Source of the DNA: Planctomycetota bacterium
GTDB taxonomy: Bacteria; Planctomycetota; B15-G4; SIAN01
DNA length: 14,275 bases
Direction: 5' to 3'
NCBI GenBank assembly: GCA_031409275.1
Contig: JANNXA010000054.1
Coordinates: 1-14,275 of the forward strand
The notes below the pieces were generated by a model. The model saw only the letters and a list, made by a program, of their open reading frames with translations, had not been told where the DNA came from and searched no databases. The number at the start of each line of letters is the position of its first letter. Position 1 is the first letter of the stretch. Position numbers and translations under genes: made by a program. Positions 9,383 through 14,275 of the stretch are shown piece by piece.

Positions 9383-9509
9383 CAGTCCCTTGCGATGGTC
9401 CGATCGCGAGGAAACGAGGCCCGTTCTCGATCACGACGGGCGGGTTCCCCGGAGGTGCGCTGACGGCGTGGCGACTGGCCACGGCCGCGGCGAAGAGGAG
9501 GGCGAGTCG

Positions 9510-12500
9510 ATGCAAGACTCCATGGGGCGGATGCGATGCGCAGGGATTGAGCGGGGCCGCGCCGTAGGCGGCGGCTCGCAGCAAGATGGTGCGGGGGGGG
9601 GCGCATCTCTCGGCGCTGAACGAGTCGGGCGTCCTCGCGATGCACTGCAATGGCGGAGGCTTTCGACGTTCGCGACCGCAGCGGTTGCCCTGCTTGCCGG
9701 TAGCTCGCGTGGTCAAACCTCCAACCTCAAGACCTACTACGTGAACGACGGCCGCAGTGACGCCTACGAGTCCGGTGCGGCCGAGACCCAAGTCGACCTT
9801 GGCGGGTTCATCCCTTTTTCGCGCTATTCCGAAAACCTCACTTCAGGCGGCCACAAGTACGCGGTCCCCTACGACGCGGGAGGATTTTCGCCACTTTTCT
9901 TCCGCCAGTTGATGAAGGAGCGAGGGCTCGATCTCTACAAGCTCGACGCCGCCCTCGATGCCACGGTCGCTGGAGGAGCGGGACAACCGCCGACGCTGCT
10001 GCCGTTCGGGGTGCGAGCCGCGATCGACCCGGAGCTGCTCGCCTACAATGCCCTCCCGATTCCTGACCTGAAGTTTCCGATCGAACTCACGGCTTGGTGG
10101 AACTGCACCAGCGGTGGAGTCGGAGGTACTACCGGACAACGCAAAGTCCTGGTGTGGCCGTACCGCATCAATGGCGGTGCAATGATGATCTGCATCGCAT
10201 CTGATGGAAACCGAGGCATCGCGCGCCGCACGCCGGAAGAGTCCTCCTCGATCCTGCTGGTGAACTACCCGTTCCACTGGCGTCATCTCGGGACAAACAA
10301 GAATCGATGGCGCGACGCCGCTCCGGGGGTGGAGTGGCCACGGCAGTTCTCGGGTCCGACCGGCGTTCCTTTCATGGCCTACGACGGCGGCCGCTTCTCG
10401 ACGGGCACCGAGGTGCTCGGGATGCAGGCGCAGGCGATCGAAGACGGCGACATCGTCGTCTACGTCGGCGAGAACATGTCGAACAACCTCTGGATCTCGA
10501 TCCAGCGCACGCAGGAGGCGGAAGCGTTCGTCCGCAAGGAATGGGCGACTGCGCCACCGGGTGATCCGGCGGCCTATCCCGCCGTTCCGGTCGGCAACTC
10601 GTTCCTTGATGGGCTGTCATGGGGACAGCTTTCCTCCGGCACGATGTGCTTCTTGCAACCCGCCATCTACAGCGGGACCGCGGCGTGGAACATCAACGAT
10701 TTCGGCTACGCGCAAGCCGATTACTACGACCTCCAGTACGACGTCTCGGTGGGGCTCGGTCACGCGGGTTGGCTGCCCGGAACTGATCCGATTTGGTCGA
10801 CGCAGTGGGCGTTGATCGACGCGCTCGGGATCCGATTCGATCGACCATGGCCGGGGCAGACCGGCTGGGATCTCGCCGCGCTTTCGATGAACCGCCGGCC
10901 GGGCAGCTTGCAGCTTCCGGTCAACGGTCGGCTGGGCGACAACGAATTCAACTACCCGATGCACTGGCCGAGCAAGGACTCCTCGCTGTCTCCGTTTGGT
11001 ACCAATGGAGCCTTCGCACCGAAGTTCCTGAAGAACTGGGAGCACGATCCGACCGCAGGGTTCATTCCTGGCGTGAACGAGTTTGCAGCTTGGGACGGCA
11101 CCGAATGGAACACGCTCGAGTCCGGGGGCGTGATCCCATCTCCAACCCAGCTGAACCCAGAACTCGTTCCCTCCGCGGCCGCACCGGCGACGCCCTATCC
11201 CGACCCTTTCACTCACACGCTTCGCCATGTGCACGTCGACCCCAGTCCCAACCACGCGGTGCTGGCCCAAGTCGACGCCGGCGCGAGCCTGACGCCGCCC
11301 TATCGCATCCAGACGCCGGGGCCGGGTGCGAACTTGAACACGATCGGACAGGGCACGTGGATTGGCTACCACGACACGATGCACGTCCTCGACCTCGATG
11401 GGGACGGCAACATGGAGGTCGTGTTCGCCAACTTCGAGGGCTACGTCCACATCCTCGAGTTTCACCCCGGCGGTTTTCCGGGTGACTCAAGCGGCGCCAT
11501 CGATCCGTATCGCCTCTACGACGAATGGAAGAGCCCCTACCTCGGGCGCGGAATCATCGGCTCCGACTGCGTCTTTGGTGCCGGCAAGGCGCAGATGTTC
11601 TTTGGCACGGGCAACGGTGAGGTCTTCCGCATCGATGCCACGGCGGCGAATACGTACGTCGTGCAGAACACTGGCCTGCCGATCGTGTCCGCATTGACGG
11701 GCGGAGGCAACCCCGCCTACGCCGGCACCACCCCGATGGTCGTGGTGGCCGACATGGCGGGCACCAGCAACCGTGAGCTGATCGTGGTGAATCGGTTCCT
11801 CGACTGGTCGCTGTATCAGTTGAACGGTTCGCCGGTCGGCAATGGAAAGCTGTTCCGGCCGACCCATGCGATCGGACCGACGGATGCGTTTCCGGTGGTT
11901 CGGCCGGTTACTTCCAGCGTAAACACAGATTCGAATCGCGAACTGCTGGTGTCGGCCTCCGATGGGCACGTTTGGTGGTTCGACTTCGATGCGTCTCCCC
12001 TCGGTTCGAACCAGTGGCTCGAACCCTCGCCCGCCATCCCCTACACCGGACTCTCGCTGTTCAAAGTCGTGCCGATCTACAGTTCAAGCCCCACGACCCC
12101 CTCTCAGCTCCTTGTGTTTGGGCGCAACGACGACAAGGACGATGACGCCAATTTCGATGGCGCTCCCGACGGTCAGCCCGACACGATTCAGCTCTGGGAT
12201 CTGGCAACCCAGGCATTGGTCTTCGAGCTGCCGGCATCGCTCTCCGTCAACTTCGACGGCTTCGACGCCGCGATGTCCTTCACGTGGGTCAACAAGCCAA
12301 GCACCCAAACGATCGGGATCGGCAGGTTTGCGATCGCCACCGGCGCGACGATCCAGATCTACGATCTCTACCCGTTGTCGATCTCCCTGAACATCACGAA
12401 ACAGATATTCTTCCCCCCGTTCGCTGATGCGGCGAAGTCGACCAACTGCATCACTTCGCTCGACGCCGCAGCTCTCAAACCGTCAGCGAGCGGTACGGCC

Positions 12501-13997
12501 GAGACTCGACTCGTGTTCGCCGATTGCAGCGGGCGTGTCTACGTCCTCGACCAGTCGCTGAACTACTTGCGGGACTCGTCGATCGACTTCGTCGGGGCGA
12601 CGCTGCCGCCGAACACGCAATGGGCGGAGCGGGCCAGCAATCAGACGCTTGCGGGGAACTTCGCCTACTGCGCCGAAGATCACGCCCCGACTCCCGATGG
12701 CGGCGGCAAGGTCTACGTCGCCGACTATGCGGCCGCAGCGCTGCGCAAGATCGTCGGCGGCAAGCCGACGTACCCCGTCTACGCGATCGACTTCGGCTCG
12801 CTCGGCGGCAACTCGTGGGAGAAATTCCTGAGTCCGACGGGAGTTCCGACGACGTCGATCCTTCAGGCGACGAACGAGGACTCATTTGACCTCCTTCGCC
12901 CGAACTTCAATCGGACGTTGATCTACCGTGACCTTGATGGCGTGAACGGTCGTGATCTCGAGATCCTCGCCGAAACCGGAACGGCCTACTTCGACAACGG
13001 GTCAGGGACGGTACGGCGCTTCCAGACCTCGTCCTACAACCCGTACCGCCCCTCAGGCGTCGGCCCCGCCGCGTACCTGGGTGATTTCTGGGGCGGGCGA
13101 GTGTTCGAGCACCCCACGAAGGGGAGCCTTTACGCCTACGATTTCCTCGGCAATTTCGTGATCCCGAAGGACTCGCTGCACTTCAGCTTCGGTTCGTCGA
13201 CGGCCAACGGCTGGTGGTACCCGAGCAAGGGGGGAGCCTTCCTCGAAGGGCAGATCGAGAGCCACTGGCAATCCGCGAGTTCGCAAGGACTTGGGACGTC
13301 GATGAAGTCGGCCATCCTTCGTTCAGGGTCGATCGCTGGCACCATGACGAAGCAGATCGTCGTGGGCACGAACGGTGGATTCGTCTACGCGATCGAGCCT
13401 GGTGCGCAGCCGGCCGTCAGCCACATGGTGGCGTCGAAGTTGACCTACGCAACCCCTGACCTCGGCAGCTTCATCGTCGGGCTCGATTGCGGCGACCTCA
13501 ACGGTGACGGGGTCGATGAGATCGTCTGCGGCTGCTCGCTGGACGACGGCAGCTATGTCGACTGGAAGAATGGGGTCACCAGCAAGAATCGCGGAAAGCT
13601 CTATGTCATCGATACCACCCTTCCTGCCGTCGTCGGCGCCGGACAAGGCATCGAGCCGCTGACGGGTGACTCGAGCTTTCCTTCCCCCAACGCCGGCGCG
13701 GGCATCGGCGCCTCGGTCTTTGGCGTCAAGATCGACGACGTCGACAACGATGGCACCAAGGAGATCTGGTGTACTGATCAGTTTCACGTCTACCTTTTCT
13801 ACAAGACCGCTTCGGGAGGGGGGACGTCAACCGGCACGTGGAAGGTGGCCACACGAACGGCGGATCTCGGCTGTTTCCCCGGCAGTTACAACAACCTCTT
13901 CCCCTTGAAGAACGCTGCGGGGAAGACGGTCCGCCTGGTGGTGGTGTCACCGGGATACGTGATGGAGTTCACGGTCGACCCGGATGCGGTCCCGTGA
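9510..13997 (+). CDS. Large secreted FG-GAP/beta-propeller repeat protein with putative N-terminal alpha/beta-hydrolase domain (~1495 aa)
   Basis: ATG 9510 follows GAGGAGG. Signal h-region WRRLSTFATAAVALLAGSSRG-Q. GLSWG at 10611-10625. Ca-binding FG-GAP/VCBS-type motifs DLDGDGNME (11391), DLDGVNGRD (12930), DLNGDGVDE (13494), DVDNDGTKE (13737). The 4.5 kb frame is uninterrupted. Confidence 0.85.
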   Translation: MQDSMGRMRCAGIERGRAVGGGSQQDGAGGGASLGAERVGRPRDALQWRRLSTFATAAVALLAGSSRGQTSNLKTYYVNDGRSDAYESGAAETQVDLGGFIPFSRYSENLTSGGHKYAVPYDAGGFSPLFFRQLMKERGLDLYKLDAALDATVAGGAGQPPTLLPFGVRAAIDPELLAYNALPIPDLKFPIELTAWWNCTSGGVGGTTGQRKVLVWPYRINGGAMMICIASDGNRGIARRTPEESSSILLVNYPFHWRHLGTNKNRWRDAAPGVEWPRQFSGPTGVPFMAYDGGRFSTGTEVLGMQAQAIEDGDIVVYVGENMSNNLWISIQRTQEAEAFVRKEWATAPPGDPAAYPAVPVGNSFLDGLSWGQLSSGTMCFLQPAIYSGTAAWNINDFGYAQADYYDLQYDVSVGLGHAGWLPGTDPIWSTQWALIDALGIRFDRPWPGQTGWDLAALSMNRRPGSLQLPVNGRLGDNEFNYPMHWPSKDSSLSPFGTNGAFAPKFLKNWEHDPTAGFIPGVNEFAAWDGTEWNTLESGGVIPSPTQLNPELVPSAAAPATPYPDPFTHTLRHVHVDPSPNHAVLAQVDAGASLTPPYRIQTPGPGANLNTIGQGTWIGYHDTMHVLDLDGDGNMEVVFANFEGYVHILEFHPGGFPGDSSGAIDPYRLYDEWKSPYLGRGIIGSDCVFGAGKAQMFFGTGNGEVFRIDATAANTYVVQNTGLPIVSALTGGGNPAYAGTTPMVVVADMAGTSNRELIVVNRFLDWSLYQLNGSPVGNGKLFRPTHAIGPTDAFPVVRPVTSSVNTDSNRELLVSASDGHVWWFDFDASPLGSNQWLEPSPAIPYTGLSLFKVVPIYSSSPTTPSQLLVFGRNDDKDDDANFDGAPDGQPDTIQLWDLATQALVFELPASLSVNFDGFDAAMSFTWVNKPSTQTIGIGRFAIATGATIQIYDLYPLSISLNITKQIFFPPFADAAKSTNCITSLDAAALKPSASGTAETRLVFADCSGRVYVLDQSLNYLRDSSIDFVGATLPPNTQWAERASNQTLAGNFAYCAEDHAPTPDGGGKVYVADYAAAALRKIVGGKPTYPVYAIDFGSLGGNSWEKFLSPTGVPTTSILQATNEDSFDLLRPNFNRTLIYRDLDGVNGRDLEILAETGTAYFDNGSGTVRRFQTSSYNPYRPSGVGPAAYLGDFWGGRVFEHPTKGSLYAYDFLGNFVIPKDSLHFSFGSSTANGWWYPSKGGAFLEGQIESHWQSASSQGLGTSMKSAILRSGSIAGTMTKQIVVGTNGGFVYAIEPGAQPAVSHMVASKLTYATPDLGSFIVGLDCGDLNGDGVDEIVCGCSLDDGSYVDWKNGVTSKNRGKLYVIDTTLPAVVGAGQGIEPLTGDSSFPSPNAGAGIGASVFGVKIDDVDNDGTKEIWCTDQFHVYLFYKTASGGGTSTGTWKVATRTADLGCFPGSYNNLFPLKNAAGKTVRLVVVSPGYVMEFTVDPDAVP
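9593..9601 (+). repeat. G9 homopolymer in the 5' coding region of the FG-GAP protein
   Basis: Reads GCG GGG GGG GGC (Ala-Gly-Gly-Gly), nine consecutive G. Confidence 0.9.
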
Positions 13998-14044
13998 GGT
14001 CGCGCAACGATTCGTCACCGCCGGAAACGCTTGGAGTGCATTCG

Positions 14045-14275
14045 ATGAGAACAAGTCGCACGGCTTCTCGAGCCAGTTGGGTGGTATTCGCCGCGATGGC
14101 GGCTTGGCAGTTGGGCGCAGGGCGTGCGGTTGCTCAAGAGCTGCTGTGGACTCGCGAGCGAACCACGGCCGACGATTACTATGGTTCCGGTGCTGCAATC
14201 ATGCCCGACGTTGATGGTGACGGACGGAGCGAGGTCGTGGTCGGCGGCTCTAGGGTCGATTGCACGGGCCTTAAC
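14045..14275 (+). CDS. Secreted FG-GAP (integrin-alpha-like) repeat protein, N-terminal 77 codons (truncated by window edge)
   Basis: Manual translation: MRTSRTASRASWVVFAAMAAWQLGAGRAVA-QELLWTRERTTADDYYGSGAAIMPDVDGDGRSEVVVGGSRVDCTGLN. It has an AxA signal cleavage site, a YG..A..PDVDGDG..EVVVG FG-GAP repeat, and GGAG at 14033-14036. Not in the ORF track. Confidence 0.88.
   Translation, partial: MRTSRTASRASWVVFAAMAAWQLGAGRAVAQELLWTRERTTADDYYGSGAAIMPDVDGDGRSEVVVGGSRVDCTGLN

Noticed and set aside
9391..9470. Fluoride riboswitch-like words GCGATGG ... GCTGACGGC
   Set aside because: Spacing and pseudoknot complementarity do not fit the crcB motif, and the downstream gene is unrelated to fluoride resistance.
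13947..14214. Track ORFs 13984..14214 (+) and 13947..14198 (-)
   Set aside because: They overlap the better-supported frame from 14045, which has a signal peptide and an FG-GAP motif.
14230..14275. Possible ncRNA fragment (CTAGGGT reminiscent of ykkC riboswitches; SRP- or cobalamin-like TTAAC end)
   Set aside because: The stretch is fully explained as in-frame coding sequence of the FG-GAP gene starting at 14045, and the RNA consensus matches are poor.

Overview
High-GC bacterial DNA (about 72% by spot count on the left, about 60% in the last ~4.8 kb), consistent with a Planctomycetota-like genome (inference). Left to right: (1) the 5' end of gltX on the minus strand, running off the window; (2) a membrane-anchored sulfatase-fold protein that appears to lack its catalytic and metal-binding residues; (3) a ~1340 aa hybrid sensor kinase (beta-propeller/Y_Y_Y-like sensor, TM, PAS, HisKA, HATPase, REC); (4) a convergent minus-strand pair, an RluA/RluD-family pseudouridine synthase preceded by a 429 aa unknown protein with a CxxCxxxxCxH motif and a His-rich C-terminal domain; (5) a divergent SGNH hydrolase with non-canonical catalytic blocks; (6) a lower-GC block with a candidate promoter and structured leader, a ~1495 aa secreted protein (putative alpha/beta-hydrolase plus FG-GAP/propeller region, with a G9 tract in its long signal region), and the start of a second secreted FG-GAP protein running off the right edge. 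The supplied ORF track omits both edge genes. No rRNA, tRNA, CRISPR array or transposase was recognised.
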